Shown here: positions 31,751 through 42,579 of the stretch, piece by piece
Layout: every line of letters begins with the position of its first letter
Position numbering within the stretch: the first letter of the stretch is position 1
Source of the DNA: Patescibacteria group bacterium
GTDB taxonomy: Bacteria; Patescibacteriota; Patescibacteriia; JAQUQO01
DNA: 64,000 nt
NCBI GenBank assembly: GCA_028716045.1
Contig: JAQUQO010000001.1
Coordinates: forward strand, 384,942 to 448,941
Direction: 5' to 3'
Position numbers and translations under genes: made by a program
Notes under the pieces: model-generated
The model's input: only the letters and a program-made list of their open reading frames with translations
Told to the model about the DNA's origin: nothing
Databases searched by the model: none

Positions 31751-32221
31751 TTATTTTTTCTTTTTGGCCACGGCTTTTTTAGCGGGAGCCGATTTTTTGG
31801 CAATTGTAATTTTTTTGACTTCTTTGGGCGCTCCAACCTTGGGAATGCTGATTTTTAAAAGCCCGTTCTCCGATACTGCCTTGGCTTTATCAGCATCAAC
31901 ATGGGCCGGCAGGGCCACGGTGCGGTAAAAATTTCCATAACGCACCTCTTTACGGTAAAAATTTTTCTCCTCTACCTCGGATTTGTGCTCGCTCTTCCCC
32001 TTAATCGTTAACACATCGTTTTCAATGGTAATTTCAACGTCTTTGGGGTCAACTCCCACCAACGGAGTTTCCACCATCAGATTTCCGTCTTTTTCATAAA
32101 CATCAATGGCCGGAATAAATCCTTTGACTTTAGCCGGGACCAAAGAAAAAGCATCATCTCCAAAAGCCCCTTCAAAATCCTCAAAGGGCTCAAAAAATGG
32201 TTTCCATGGAATGAGTGACAT
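31751..32221 (-). CDS. Hsp20/alpha-crystallin small heat-shock protein
   Basis: PAIDVYE, VEITIENDVLTIKG, YGNFYRTVALP, NGLLKISIPK. Confidence 0.94.
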   Translation of the reverse strand: MSLIPWKPFFEPFEDFEGAFGDDAFSLVPAKVKGFIPAIDVYEKDGNLMVETPLVGVDPKDVEITIENDVLTIKGKSEHKSEVEEKNFYRKEVRYGNFYRTVALPAHVDADKAKAVSENGLLKISIPKVGAPKEVKKITIAKKSAPAKKAVAKKKK

Positions 32222-32320
32222 ATAAAACTCCTCGATTCGACTGACATTTAATGTCTGGCCGAGATTATTTATAAAAAGATTACAACTAAGGGATTATCGA
32301 CTACCGTTTCTAAACAAAGC

Positions 32321-32413
32321 TGTCATTGCGATCCCGCCTTGGCGGGAGAAGCAATCTCTAATACGTTTAGATTGCTTCGTCGTCCCGAGCGTTCGGGACT
32401 CCTCGCAAAGACA
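32321..32413. repeat. Palindromic element, family B
   Basis: TGTCATTGCGA..GAAGCAATCT/AGATTGCTTC..CTCGCAAAGACA. Confidence 0.8.
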
Positions 32414-32446
32414 GAAAAAAGTTATAAACTATAAGTTATAAAATCC

Positions 32447-32959
32447 CTACTCTGCCACGACCACTTTTGCCGGAATCAGCGCTTTATCGCCCATCTTATA
32501 TCCACTGCCTACTTCTTCCAAAATAATATCCGGCTCTTTTCCTTCTTCTTTACGCTTGCCAACGGCTTCGTGCCATTCGGGATTAAACTTTTCTCCAACT
32601 GTTTTTATCTCCTCCAACCCCAGCCCCTTCAAAAAATCATCAATCTGTTTTTTTGTCTGAAAAATTCCCGCCACCCAACCGACGTCTTTTTGCTCTTCGG
32701 GAATATGCGTTATGGCCTTTTTAAAACTGTCAATAATAGGCAAAAGCCCGAACAATATATTAGCTGTCACAAATTTAATGAGCTCTTTCTGTTTCTCCTC
32801 GGCTTCTCTTTTCAAATTTATATAATCGGCTTTGGCTCTTTTCCAACCGTCCAAATTTTCTTCCGCCCGTTTTTCCAATTTAACAACTTTCTCCCGCAAT
32901 TCATCAAGCTCGCTTTTGGCGTTATCCTGCTTGGCTCCTTTTTTATCTTCGTCGGCCAT
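32447..32959 (-). CDS. grpE: Nucleotide exchange factor GrpE
   Basis: KRAKADYINLKR, LLPIIDSF, GEKFNPEWHEAV, GY..PAKVVV. Confidence 0.95.
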   Translation of the reverse strand: MADEDKKGAKQDNAKSELDELREKVVKLEKRAEENLDGWKRAKADYINLKREAEEKQKELIKFVTANILFGLLPIIDSFKKAITHIPEEQKDVGWVAGIFQTKKQIDDFLKGLGLEEIKTVGEKFNPEWHEAVGKRKEEGKEPDIILEEVGSGYKMGDKALIPAKVVVAE

Positions 32960-32968
32960 AATTAAAAT

Positions 32969-33667
32969 CTATTTATTATTGATGAGTTCTCGCGTGTATT
33001 TTAAAAGCGAATAATTGGCGCTGTAATTCATGCGCATCGGCCCCAAAATTCCGAGAACGCCCTCCGTGTCATCTAAATTATATTTAGCTAAAACGCTTCC
33101 GCAATTTTCGGCAAAAGGATTTTCTTTGCCGAGAAAAATATGGATATCGTCAATCTCTTTAAATATTTTATCAAAACCCTCGTCCAATTGGTCAATCACT
33201 AAAGATATATCACAAACCAAATTGTAATCGCGAAATTCCGGCTGGGAAAAAAGATTAGCGATGCCGGTGTAATAAAAATTGCGCGGCTCAAACCCGACGA
33301 TGACGGCCGTGCCGGAAAGTTCAGCCAAGGCCTTGGCCATGGCTTTGAGAAGTTCGGAGTGCGGGCGGCCGGTTTCATGAAGGATTTTTTCCACCGTCTT
33401 TTTTTCTTCTTTAGTTAAATCAATTTCCCGCAAAAAATTTTTGATATAAAAATTAAAACCTTTTTCCGTAGGCACGCGGCCGGCGGAAGTATGCGGTTGA
33501 TGGATATAGCCGTCTTTCTCCAGCCCGGCCATTTCATTGCGCAGGGTCGCGGGGCTGAAATTAAGCTTAGACCGTGAGGCCAAACTTTTAGACCCGACCG
33601 GCTCAGCCGTTCTGACATATTCGTCAATGATTAAATTGAGCAGAGTTTTTTGTCTGTTGGTAATCAT
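32969..33667 (-). CDS. hrcA: Heat-inducible transcription repressor HrcA (short form)
   Basis: PVGSK, SPATLRNEM, QPHTSAGRVPT, GILGPMRMNY. Confidence 0.93.
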   Translation of the reverse strand: MITNRQKTLLNLIIDEYVRTAEPVGSKSLASRSKLNFSPATLRNEMAGLEKDGYIHQPHTSAGRVPTEKGFNFYIKNFLREIDLTKEEKKTVEKILHETGRPHSELLKAMAKALAELSGTAVIVGFEPRNFYYTGIANLFSQPEFRDYNLVCDISLVIDQLDEGFDKIFKEIDDIHIFLGKENPFAENCGSVLAKYNLDDTEGVLGILGPMRMNYSANYSLLKYTRELINNK

Positions 33668-33677
33668 AGATTTCTAT

Positions 33678-33704
33678 TTAGCACTCTCACTCTATGAGTG
33701 CTAA
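33678..33704. promoter_or_regulatory. CIRCE operator
   Basis: Exact TTAGCACTC-N9-GAGTGCTAA between promoter and hrcA ATG. Confidence 0.97.
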
Positions 33705-33708
33705 TTTC

Positions 33709-33737
33709 ATTATACCCCCCGCCCAAAAGCTTGTCAA
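33709..33737 (-). promoter_or_regulatory. Consensus sigma70 promoter of the hrcA operon
   Basis: TTGACA-17-TATAAT. Confidence 0.9.
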
Positions 33738-33854
33738 GAATCAGTTTTTCTCCCACCACCCCACCCCTCGACAAGCTCGGGGCGAAGTACCCCTCCTCTG
33801 GCAGTAGGGGAAATTTCTTGGTTATTAATGTTTAAAATTGGCTATTTCAGATAT

Positions 33855-33912
33855 TGTCTTTGCGAGTGAACTGCCAGCTAGCCCCATCAGCTGGCGGGGA
33901 GCGAAGCAATCT
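33855..33912. repeat. Half copy of a family B element
   Basis: TGTCTTTGCGAG...GCGAAGCAATCT with nested GCCAGCT/AGCTGGC. Confidence 0.65.
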
Positions 33913-34027
33913 GAACCCCAATCCCCAGCAACTAACACCCATAAATTTAAATCCTCCCCTTACCCAAATAAAAAATCCCGCTCCGAAATTGTCCGGAAAC
34001 GGGATTTATCTTTTAGATTAGCGATGG

Positions 34028-34681
34028 CTATTTACAGCCATTTTCCTTAAGCTTTTTTTGAAGCGTAACTGCTTCGTTAAGGTAGCCAACGGCTTTGTCT
34101 GTTTGCCTGGGCGTCAGCAGGGCAGTTTCAAGATTGATTTCCGCTGCCTCCGCTGCTATTTTGTCCGCTTCGCAACTGGCAATCTTACCCTTCGTTTTTA
34201 TAGTGTCAAGGGCATAATACATGGAAAATGTAATTATAGCCAAGATAACAACTAGCGCTGTTTTTCTCTTCTCGCTTTTTCTTTCTTTTTCCGCCGCTTC
34301 GCTTGCTTTTTTGTATCCTTCTTCCCCCTCTTCTTCATTAAATATCGATGCCGGGGCGGAAGTACTTTCCACCAGAGGTTCTTTCCCTGGAAGCGGTGGC
34401 GGAGGATTTTGACTTACCAGCGGCGGGCGGTCGGGCTCGGTTTTTGGCGCCGTTGCCGCTTCACTGCTGTTACCATAAAGATTATTGACTTCTTCATCCG
34501 GAATATTGCTAAATGGGTTGCCCTCCCCCGGAGTTTTTGGCTTCAGGGCTGTATCAGGTGAAATTTCCTCCGCTGCTTTTTTTCGACAATTTTCGCAAGA
34601 ACCATCAGCTGATAGAGTGTTGTCACAAATAGAACATACCAAAATCTCCACGGGTTTTTTATCTTTATCTACATCTGCCAT
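34028..34681 (-). CDS. Hypothetical protein: zinc ribbon, Pro-rich linker, TM
   Basis: CSIC..CENC; TTGACA-17-TAAAAT (34769-34741); AAGGGAG SD. Confidence 0.7.
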   Translation of the reverse strand: MADVDKDKKPVEILVCSICDNTLSADGSCENCRKKAAEEISPDTALKPKTPGEGNPFSNIPDEEVNNLYGNSSEAATAPKTEPDRPPLVSQNPPPPLPGKEPLVESTSAPASIFNEEEGEEGYKKASEAAEKERKSEKRKTALVVILAIITFSMYYALDTIKTKGKIASCEADKIAAEAAEINLETALLTPRQTDKAVGYLNEAVTLQKKLKENGCK

Positions 34682-34772
34682 TTTTTCTCCCTTTCTCTAT
34701 TGTAAATAATGTTAATTTTAAAACAACAAGTTTTCGCCGTATTTTAGCATAGCGGCTAAAAAATGTCAAGCG

Positions 34773-36026
34773 CTACTCATGTCTCAAGGCCTCAATGGAA
34801 TTTAAATTCGCCGCGCGGCGGGCGGGATATAAACCAAAAATCAACCCGACGGCGACGGAAAAACTAACTGACAAAAATATGGAAAACCAGGAAACATTAA
34901 ACCCCCAGTCAAAACCGCTAAACGCCGCCGCGTAGGAAATGAGTAGAGCGACAACGGTCCCGAAAATAATGCCAAAAATCCCGCCAAAAAACGTAACGAC
35001 GATTGCTTCCAATAAAAACTGATACAAAACATCCTGCCGCGTCGCCCCCAGGGCTTTGCGCAAACCAATCTCATAAGTGCGCTCGGCCACGTTCACATAC
35101 ATAATATTCATAATGCCGACACCGCCCACGATAAGCGAAATGGAAGCGAGCACCACCAGCAAAATCGTGATGCCGCCGAGAATCGTATCCATCATCTCTT
35201 TTGCCTCCTCCATAGTCATCACCGCAAAGTCGTCTTTATCGGGGTCGGTAATTCCATGTTGTTCGCGCATAATGGCAGTAAGCTCCTCAGCGGTGACATC
35301 TCCTGCCGCCGGGTCTTTCATTTTTGCCATAATAAAACTGACATAATCTATGCCGGAAATTTTTTTCTGCAAAGTGCGCACGGGAACAAAAATCAAATTA
35401 TCAAAATCGAAAAAAGCAACCACTCCCCTTTCCTCCATCACCCCGACAACTTTGTAATTTTTCCCGCCGATTTTAACATTCGCGCCCAAAGCTTCGGAGT
35501 CTCCAAAAAGTTTTTCTTTTACCTTGTGCCCAAGCACAACGACTTGAGATAAACTTTTATCTTCTTCCCCGGTAAAAAATCTGCCGAACTCAACTTCCCC
35601 GGTATCTATTTCTGTAAAATCCGCCGACACTCCAAAAATCATAGTTTTCTTAATTTCCCCCCCGACTGAAACCAAATCCTGCGACAAAACTCCGGCATAC
35701 CAATAGCTGATATTCGGATGTTTGGCTATGGCCTCGGCATCTTCTATTTTTAAAGTGGTAATAACCGCTCCCATAGCCATACTCGTCGCGTTTTCCGTAG
35801 AAGTATGCGCGGTGTTAGGCGTCTTCACCTCTATTTCTATGGCATCGGAGCCGAAGGCCTCCACCTGCCCGACAATATATCTTTCTATGCCCTGGCCGGC
35901 GGACATCACGATAATCACCGCCGCGATACCAATGACAATTCCTAAAATAGTCAAAATCGCCCGTCCCTTATTGATACGGAGAGAATTTATCGCCAACTTT
36001 AAATTATTGGAAATTATATTCAGCAT
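34773..36026 (-). CDS. ABC transporter permease, MacB/FtsX family
   Basis: LTILGIVIGIAAVI, GGVGIMNIM, ERTYEIGLRKALGA, GLYPARRAA. Confidence 0.93.
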   Translation of the reverse strand: MLNIISNNLKLAINSLRINKGRAILTILGIVIGIAAVIIVMSAGQGIERYIVGQVEAFGSDAIEIEVKTPNTAHTSTENATSMAMGAVITTLKIEDAEAIAKHPNISYWYAGVLSQDLVSVGGEIKKTMIFGVSADFTEIDTGEVEFGRFFTGEEDKSLSQVVVLGHKVKEKLFGDSEALGANVKIGGKNYKVVGVMEERGVVAFFDFDNLIFVPVRTLQKKISGIDYVSFIMAKMKDPAAGDVTAEELTAIMREQHGITDPDKDDFAVMTMEEAKEMMDTILGGITILLVVLASISLIVGGVGIMNIMYVNVAERTYEIGLRKALGATRQDVLYQFLLEAIVVTFFGGIFGIIFGTVVALLISYAAAFSGFDWGFNVSWFSIFLSVSFSVAVGLIFGLYPARRAANLNSIEALRHE

Positions 36027-36033
36027 ATAAAAA

Positions 36034-37272
36034 TTATTCGTGGCGCAGGGCCTCAATCGGATGTAAATCAGCCGCTCTTTTTGCCGGAGCAAGTCCAAAC
36101 ACAAGACCAACCGCTAAAGATACTCCGATACCCAAAACAATAGACAACAGAGAAATAACAAAATCCCATTCGTAGGCGAGATAGCGCATTACCGCCGCCA
36201 CTAAAGCGGAAAATAAAGTCCCGATAATAAAACCGATTATCCCGCCGGCCAAAGTTATGGCAATTGTTTCTAGAAGAATCTGGGATAAAATATCGGTTTT
36301 AGTGGCGCCGACCGCTTTGCGCAGACCGATTTCGCGCGTGCGTTCGGTCACCGAAGCGAGCATGATATTCATCACGCCCACGCCTCCGACAATCAGAGAA
36401 ATTGCGGCAATAGCCGCTAGGAAAAATTTTAAAGCATTGGTGACGTTATTTAGAGCATCCATGGCTTGAAGCTGGGAACGGACGGTAAAATCGTCCTGCG
36501 ACGGGTCAGGGATATCATGTTCCTCTCTTAAAACTATTTTAATATCCTCCATGCTTTGGTCTATGTTTTCAGCGCTGTCAACTCTGAACCGAGCCAAAGT
36601 TATGTGATTAATGCCTAAAAGTAACTTTTGAGCGGTATAGAGAGGAAGATAAATCTGATTGTCAAGATTTTGAAACCCCGACGTGCCCCTTGACTCCATT
36701 AATCCAATGACCCGAAAACTTTCTTTTTTAATTCTAATTGTCTGACCAATCGGGTCAGCGCCGGAAAAAAGATTATCAACAACTTCCGAACCAAGAACTG
36801 CCACCCGCGCCATATTCTTTTCTTCTTCTTGGGTAAAAAATCTACCCCTGACCACGTCGGTTTCCTCAACTGACAAATAACTGGCGGTAGTACCAGTAAA
36901 ATTTGTATCTATACTGCGATTATACCAGGAAGTAGTGGCAGTCCCCTGCACATAGGAAGCCCCGGCTACAATATGTAAAGCCCGTCCCGGTTTTAAAACC
37001 GCCTCAATATTATCGTAAGTCAGAGTTGTTATGCTAATACCCATTACCGACGCCGGCGGGCCTTCCTCTTCCGAAGCTCCGGGCAAAACGCCGATAAGAT
37101 TGACACCGGCGCTTTTAATCTGGTTTAAAATTAAACTTTGCGCTCCCGCCCCCACCGACATAACAATAACCACCGCCGCGATGCCGATAATCACTCCGAG
37201 CATAGTCAAAAAAGACCGGGACTTTTTTGACCTTAATGACCGCAAGGAAATTTTTAGGTAAGCTGAGAGCAT
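36034..37272 (-). CDS. ABC transporter permease, MacB/FtsX family
   Basis: RSFLTMLGVIIG, GGVGVMNIML, ERTREIGLRKAVGA. Confidence 0.93.
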   Translation of the reverse strand: MLSAYLKISLRSLRSKKSRSFLTMLGVIIGIAAVVIVMSVGAGAQSLILNQIKSAGVNLIGVLPGASEEEGPPASVMGISITTLTYDNIEAVLKPGRALHIVAGASYVQGTATTSWYNRSIDTNFTGTTASYLSVEETDVVRGRFFTQEEEKNMARVAVLGSEVVDNLFSGADPIGQTIRIKKESFRVIGLMESRGTSGFQNLDNQIYLPLYTAQKLLLGINHITLARFRVDSAENIDQSMEDIKIVLREEHDIPDPSQDDFTVRSQLQAMDALNNVTNALKFFLAAIAAISLIVGGVGVMNIMLASVTERTREIGLRKAVGATKTDILSQILLETIAITLAGGIIGFIIGTLFSALVAAVMRYLAYEWDFVISLLSIVLGIGVSLAVGLVFGLAPAKRAADLHPIEALRHE

Positions 37273-37334
37273 ATTTTAACTATAAACCCAGCCTCATTTA
37301 AGAATGGATTGCTGGGTCTTTTTCAAGCATATTT

Positions 37335-38057
37335 TTATTTTATAAATCCGCCATTCTTGGCGCTGCGCCTTTCCACCACTTTGTAATCGCCGACTATTTC
37401 TCCATCTTTGATTTTAATGATACGGTCAGCGTGCTCGGCAGTGTAAGATTCATGAGTAACCAAAATTATAGTATGCCCCTCGGCATTTAAATCCTCAAGG
37501 ATTTCCATAATTTGCTGGCCGGATTTGCTGTCCAAATTACCCGTTGGCTCGTCCGCCAAAATCAGCGCCGGATTGTTGACCAGCGCCCGCGCAATCGCCA
37601 CTCTTTGCTTTTCTCCGCCCGAAAGCTGGTTGGACAAATAATCTGTGCGGTGTGTCAAACCAACGGCCTCTAACGCTTCACGGGCGATGGGTTCCGGATT
37701 TTTAACGCCCTTGGCGTAAACGAGCGGCAGCATAACATTTTCCAAAACGGTGGTGCGGGGTAGAAGATTAAATGATTGAAAAACAAAACCGATGTCAAAA
37801 TTTCTGATACCCGCCATTTCCTTATCCGAAAGCTGACTCACATCCTGACCCTTAAAATAAAATTTTCCGCCGGTAGGCGTATCCAAAAATCCGAGAATAT
37901 ACATCAAGGTAGATTTGCCGGAACCCGACGGCCCCATGATGGCCACAAACTCGCCCTGATTAATAGTAAAATTAAGGCCGTGCAACACTTCAGTTACCAG
38001 GCCATCGTTATAATAATTCTTTATTAAATTTTCCGCCCTGATTAACGTCTCGGCCAT
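37335..38057 (-). CDS. ABC transporter ATP-binding protein (MacB/LolD type)
   Basis: [30 protein letters not shown]. Confidence 0.96.
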   Translation of the reverse strand: MAETLIRAENLIKNYYNDGLVTEVLHGLNFTINQGEFVAIMGPSGSGKSTLMYILGFLDTPTGGKFYFKGQDVSQLSDKEMAGIRNFDIGFVFQSFNLLPRTTVLENVMLPLVYAKGVKNPEPIAREALEAVGLTHRTDYLSNQLSGGEKQRVAIARALVNNPALILADEPTGNLDSKSGQQIMEILEDLNAEGHTIILVTHESYTAEHADRIIKIKDGEIVGDYKVVERRSAKNGGFIK

Positions 38058-39967
38058 TATTTTTTCTCTTTTATATAAGCTACAACTTCTTCGCCCTCTT
38101 TCAACCCGGACAAAACTTCTACTAAGCCCTCATCGGCGCGCAAACCAATTTGCACCGGAATCTCTCTGACTTCTTTCTTCTCAAGTATTCGCACCATCTG
38201 CTCATTATTCTGGCGGATAATGGCGCGCCCGGGAATACATAAAACATTATCCCGACGAGCGGTTAAAATATCCGTATTGGCAGTCATGCCCGGTTTTATT
38301 TCTTCTTTCCCGCCATCAATACTGACATTCACTCTGTAATAAACCACGTCGTCAATAATTGTTTCCGCCGGTTCAACCGAGGTAACCTTGCCGGAATAAA
38401 CCCGGTCTTCGCCAAAAGCGTCAAAAGTAATTTTCACTTCATTGCCGGATTTGACTTTTGATATGTCCGACTCGGAAATATCAACCTCTACTTTTAATTC
38501 TCCTTCGTTGCCAACCATGGAAATAGCCGGTTTAGTTAAGCTGATTTGTTCTCCAACCTCATATTCCACGGAAGTAATTACCCCCGCTGCCGGAGCTTTT
38601 ATTTTAGTATTTTCTAAATTTTGTTCCGCCAGATTAAGAGCGGCGCGGGCTTCGCTCACCTGCGCTTCAAGAGAAGCCAAGTCTGCTTGCCGTGGCGGAG
38701 CTTTTTTATAAGCCAAAGACGCTTCCGCCGCCGCTAAAGCGGAACGCATTATCTCCACCTGATTAACGGCCGCTTTGTAAGCATTATCGGCATCAACTTT
38801 AGCCGTGGTCAAACTCTGCTCCGCGGAAGCTAAATTGTCTTCAGCCGTTTCCACCGCCGAAGTATAAGTGTCCACGTGCTTATTATAATTAAGCTCGGCC
38901 GTCAGAATCGCCTGCTCTTTGGTTTGCAATGAAGTCGATTCCGTGTTGATAGACGACCGGTCGGTATTAATTGTCGTCTTAAGCGTATTTAGAGAAGAAA
39001 GTGTTAAACCGGTGCCGGTGATAGTGCTGTCAAGCATTGTTCTCGTTTTACTCAAAGCGTCGCTCGCCAAAGAAAGCAAATCTTTCATATTACTGACTAC
39101 GATTTTTATTTCATCGTAAGAACTGTCTGCGTCCAAAACTCCTACCCACGGCTCCACGGTTTCCTTTTTGGTGGCAGTTAACTTATAAGCGTCCTCGGCG
39201 TTAATCTTTGTTTGTAATCTTAAGATACCCAACAAACTTTCAAAATCGTCGTTAATCCCCCGATTATCGATGCCCAAAATATTATCCATGTCATTCATGG
39301 CCGTGCTTAGGGCGACTAAATTTCCCAATAAGGTTGTGCGGGCGTCTTCGTAAGCGTTTCCTATTTCTTGAGTGTCTGTCTTTTTAGAATTTTCCAAATC
39401 CGCTTTGGCGGAAGCTAAAGCCGTCTCGTATTTGGCAACATTCAACTCCGCCTCCCTGACGCTTTCCTCATTGGACTTTTTAGTATTGTCCAAATCCGTC
39501 TGTACTTTTTTTAGATTGCTTTTGGCTTTAGCCACGTCTTCTTCGTAAACTTTAATTGACTCGCGGCTTTCTCCAATAATTTTAAGATTCAGATTGGCAT
39601 TGGCCGAAGCCAAAGAAGAACGCGCTTTTTCCACTTCCAACAGAGCGTCGGTGGCGTCCAATTCGGACAAAATTTGGCCCGCTTCAACCTTATCACCAAC
39701 CTTGACGTGATTTTTAAATAACTTGCCGGTGACTTTGAAACTCAAATCCATATCTGTTTCCGGCTTCACCGACCCCGTGGCTTCCACGGTCTGGGTCAGA
39801 TTACCCCGCTTTACTTTCTCGGTAGTATATTCAAAATCCGGTCCGCGGGTTTTCGTAAAAGCAAAAACCGAAACCGCCGTAACTAAAAATCCGGCAATGG
39901 CCACGATGATAATTTTCTTTGCCCCGATTTTTTTCTTTCCCGGGGTTCCCGCAATTATATTATCCAT
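38057..39967 (-). CDS. Efflux membrane-fusion adaptor with extended coiled coil
   Basis: VKVGDKVEAGQ, IKAPAAGVI, IKPGMTAN, GLKEGEEV; start uncertain (39967 or 40012). Confidence 0.88.
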   Translation of the reverse strand: MDNIIAGTPGKKKIGAKKIIIVAIAGFLVTAVSVFAFTKTRGPDFEYTTEKVKRGNLTQTVEATGSVKPETDMDLSFKVTGKLFKNHVKVGDKVEAGQILSELDATDALLEVEKARSSLASANANLNLKIIGESRESIKVYEEDVAKAKSNLKKVQTDLDNTKKSNEESVREAELNVAKYETALASAKADLENSKKTDTQEIGNAYEDARTTLLGNLVALSTAMNDMDNILGIDNRGINDDFESLLGILRLQTKINAEDAYKLTATKKETVEPWVGVLDADSSYDEIKIVVSNMKDLLSLASDALSKTRTMLDSTITGTGLTLSSLNTLKTTINTDRSSINTESTSLQTKEQAILTAELNYNKHVDTYTSAVETAEDNLASAEQSLTTAKVDADNAYKAAVNQVEIMRSALAAAEASLAYKKAPPRQADLASLEAQVSEARAALNLAEQNLENTKIKAPAAGVITSVEYEVGEQISLTKPAISMVGNEGELKVEVDISESDISKVKSGNEVKITFDAFGEDRVYSGKVTSVEPAETIIDDVVYYRVNVSIDGGKEEIKPGMTANTDILTARRDNVLCIPGRAIIRQNNEQMVRILEKKEVREIPVQIGLRADEGLVEVLSGLKEGEEVVAYIKEKK

Positions 39968-39971
39968 ATTA

Positions 39972-40601
39972 TTAATTTTGCTCCTTCCTGCCGCTGTCCC
40001 ATAATAAGACACGATTATAAATAGCTAAAAGCAAGAAGGACCCGCTAAGCGTGATAATGGAAGTTAAATAAAAAATAAAATTAAATCCGAGACGCTCGGC
40101 TAAAAGTCCGCCGATGGCGGCGCAGATACCGGCGGTAATGCCGGTAGCCGTGTCATAAACCGCCCATTCATAGGCCTCGTGAAATTTATCAATATGCCTC
40201 GTGAAAAGCGCGAACCAAGTGGTGAAAGACATCGCCGCGCCAATTCCATAAACCACTTGCAATAAATAAATATGCCAAGGAAAAGTGCTGAAAGAATAAA
40301 GGATGGGGACAATGGCTATAAGAAGCGACCCCACCACCAAAAACCAAAAATCGTTTTTGTCCTTTCTGTCTTTGTCCACATATCGGCCGATGGGAATCTG
40401 CAACGAGGCCTTGACCAAAAGATAAATTGCCGCAGCAATACCGGCTACCTCCAAACTTCCTCCGATAATATTATCATTGATAAAAATGGCAAAAATGGGG
40501 TTGAGAAATCCAAAAGAGCCAAGTATTAAAACATCGGAAAAAATCAAAATTTTGATAATTTTATTAATTTTGGGAAGGGCGGGAGACTCGGGATTAGCCA
40601 T
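39972..40601 (-). CDS. Half-size MFS-type membrane protein
   Basis: About 6 TMs; GRYVDK, LQVVYGIG, IGGLLAERLGF. Confidence 0.8.
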   Translation of the reverse strand: MANPESPALPKINKIIKILIFSDVLILGSFGFLNPIFAIFINDNIIGGSLEVAGIAAAIYLLVKASLQIPIGRYVDKDRKDKNDFWFLVVGSLLIAIVPILYSFSTFPWHIYLLQVVYGIGAAMSFTTWFALFTRHIDKFHEAYEWAVYDTATGITAGICAAIGGLLAERLGFNFIFYLTSIITLSGSFLLLAIYNRVLLWDSGRKEQN

Positions 40602-40725
40602 AATATCTAAGATAATTTATTATATTTCACCTTTCTTCTATTATATCCTTTTGATATGGAGAAATCAATAAGTCCCGTTATCGGCGATTAAAAAAGCCCT
40701 GTCTTTAATACGACAGGGCTTTAAT

Positions 40726-41100
40726 TCATAGGTTTTCTAAAAATTCTTCAAATTTGTCAAAAAATGTCGATTTAACTATCGCATGGCTACAGCCAGCCGA
40801 CAGAAGAAGGTTATTATAACTATCCTGGTCGGAAATGGCTACCATCGGTCCGCTGAAATCCCGCCGAAATAACTTCACGAGTTCTATGGTGTCCGGCTCG
40901 GTTCCTCCGGAAGTCAGACGACCGTCCACAAGCATAAGGTCAACATCAGGATTATCTTTGAACAACCTCTTGGCTGCGCTTTCTGAAGCGGCTTCAAGAA
41001 CTTCAACTTCAGCGCCGGCGAAAATCTTTATCACGCTCACAATACCCCTACGCGATAAAGCATTATCCTCAACCAAAAGAACCTTTTTAATCTCTTTCAT
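40726..41100 (-). CDS. Stand-alone response regulator receiver domain
   Basis: VLLVEDN, DLMLVDGRL, AISD, IVK; AGGAGG SD. Confidence 0.82.
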   Translation of the reverse strand: MKEIKKVLLVEDNALSRRGIVSVIKIFAGAEVEVLEAASESAAKRLFKDNPDVDLMLVDGRLTSGGTEPDTIELVKLFRRDFSGPMVAISDQDSYNNLLLSAGCSHAIVKSTFFDKFEEFLENL

Positions 41101-41379
41101 TTTCAATCCTCCTCTTAATTTTACAAACCTCATCCTTAGATGTTATCACATCTCCACGGATTTGTCAAGACAAGTTCAAGCGGCTGTTGCTCAGCATCAT
41201 TTTTACGACCTAAGTATATAAGTAACCAAAACGTAATTTTATCTTGCCATTCCCCCTTGACAACTTAGCTAACTTATGATAAATTACTTTATTCTGGATT
41301 GTTCTAGAATTACGCACTATTTACAATTTATTTGTTACTTCCGCGGCAAAAATTTTGCCGCGGAAAGAAGAGGTAAAAG

Positions 41380-41844
41380 ATGGACGAAAAAACAAAAAAC
41401 TATATTGCGGTCGTCAACCTTATTACGGGCTTCGTTATAGGTTGTTTAGTGGCTACTCTCGTCGTAATTTTGGTATTAGAAGATGCAGAAACAACCGCCC
41501 AAACCACTACCTGCCCCGAGTCAAAACCTTGTCCGGTGTGTCAAGAACAGCCCGCCCCTAACTGCACCAACCTACCGATGGTGGTAGGAGAGGTGGAGGA
41601 AAAGGGTAGGTATGTTGGGTGGACTAGCCCCGATACATGTTGGCTAAAAATCTCATTTGTAGCCCTGCCAGAATGGGGTTTCAATGACAGAACAGTGACG
41701 TATATCTTTGTTGACGTGCCAAATGAACAATCCGTCATCTGCCAGGCTAAAATCGGCGACACATTACCTCTACGTTACGACGTGAAGACCAAAAAGGTCA
41801 TTCTCAACTTCAACAATGAAGTTGAAATACGAGTCAAAGAGTAA
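41380..41844 (+). CDS. Membrane-anchored hypothetical protein
   Basis: N-terminal TM, CPxxxPCPVC linker; TTGACA promoter at 41257; hairpin at 41868-41908. Confidence 0.7.
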   Translation: MDEKTKNYIAVVNLITGFVIGCLVATLVVILVLEDAETTAQTTTCPESKPCPVCQEQPAPNCTNLPMVVGEVEEKGRYVGWTSPDTCWLKISFVALPEWGFNDRTVTYIFVDVPNEQSVICQAKIGDTLPLRYDVKTKKVILNFNNEVEIRVKE

Positions 41845-41994
41845 CTCAATTTCTATTGAAGATGCTTACGGGCGCGAGATGATAAAATTTATCCCCGCCC
41901 GTTTTTTATTTTTTCTTAATAATATTATTTTAGGGCTCGGCCTGCGCGAGATAAAATAGCCCTAGTTTATTAATATAAATTAGGGCTATAAAAA

Positions 41995-42333
41995 TTACGA
42001 AACTAAACTCAAAAACTTAAGTAAAAGGCTGATTAAAAAATAGGCAATCATTAATAAAGCAAGAAGGAAACAACCAATTGTTAACGGCGATATGTGGGAA
42101 TCTTCTCCTATTGTCCATATCACATTCAGGATTATTAAAATAACAGAAAAAATGAGTAACAGAAAATAATCAAACGGTCCAATCGGCCCTCCGGGCTGCC
42201 AATGGCTTGCAAGAATAGCTAATAACATTAAACCGCCGGGAAAGATGATGGCAACAATGACTGCTAAAACATGGCAAAGCCAACACCATATATAGTCAAC
42301 CCATAAATCTGCTATTTTTCTTGTTAGTTTCAT
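41995..42333 (-). CDS. Small multi-TM hypothetical protein
   Basis: AAGGAGG SD before ATG 42333; 3 hydrophobic segments. Confidence 0.6.
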   Translation of the reverse strand: MKLTRKIADLWVDYIWCWLCHVLAVIVAIIFPGGLMLLAILASHWQPGGPIGPFDYFLLLIFSVILIILNVIWTIGEDSHISPLTIGCFLLALLMIAYFLISLLLKFLSLVS

Positions 42334-42579
42334 TATTATTCCTCCTTTTAGATATTGTGTTTTAAAATAACATCTGGTTAAATTATTTAACAAATATTGA
42401 TTTTTGTCAAACGAGCGAACGGCAAGCAGGCAGATGATATTCTGACATGGTTACTAATGGGTTGACATTTATATTATATTATGTTAATTTTCCACCGTGA
42501 ACATTGATAATTATTTTGAATGGAGATTTAACGAGCTTTTTGGCTCATAGAGGGGTAAACCCCGAAAGGAGAACATTGG

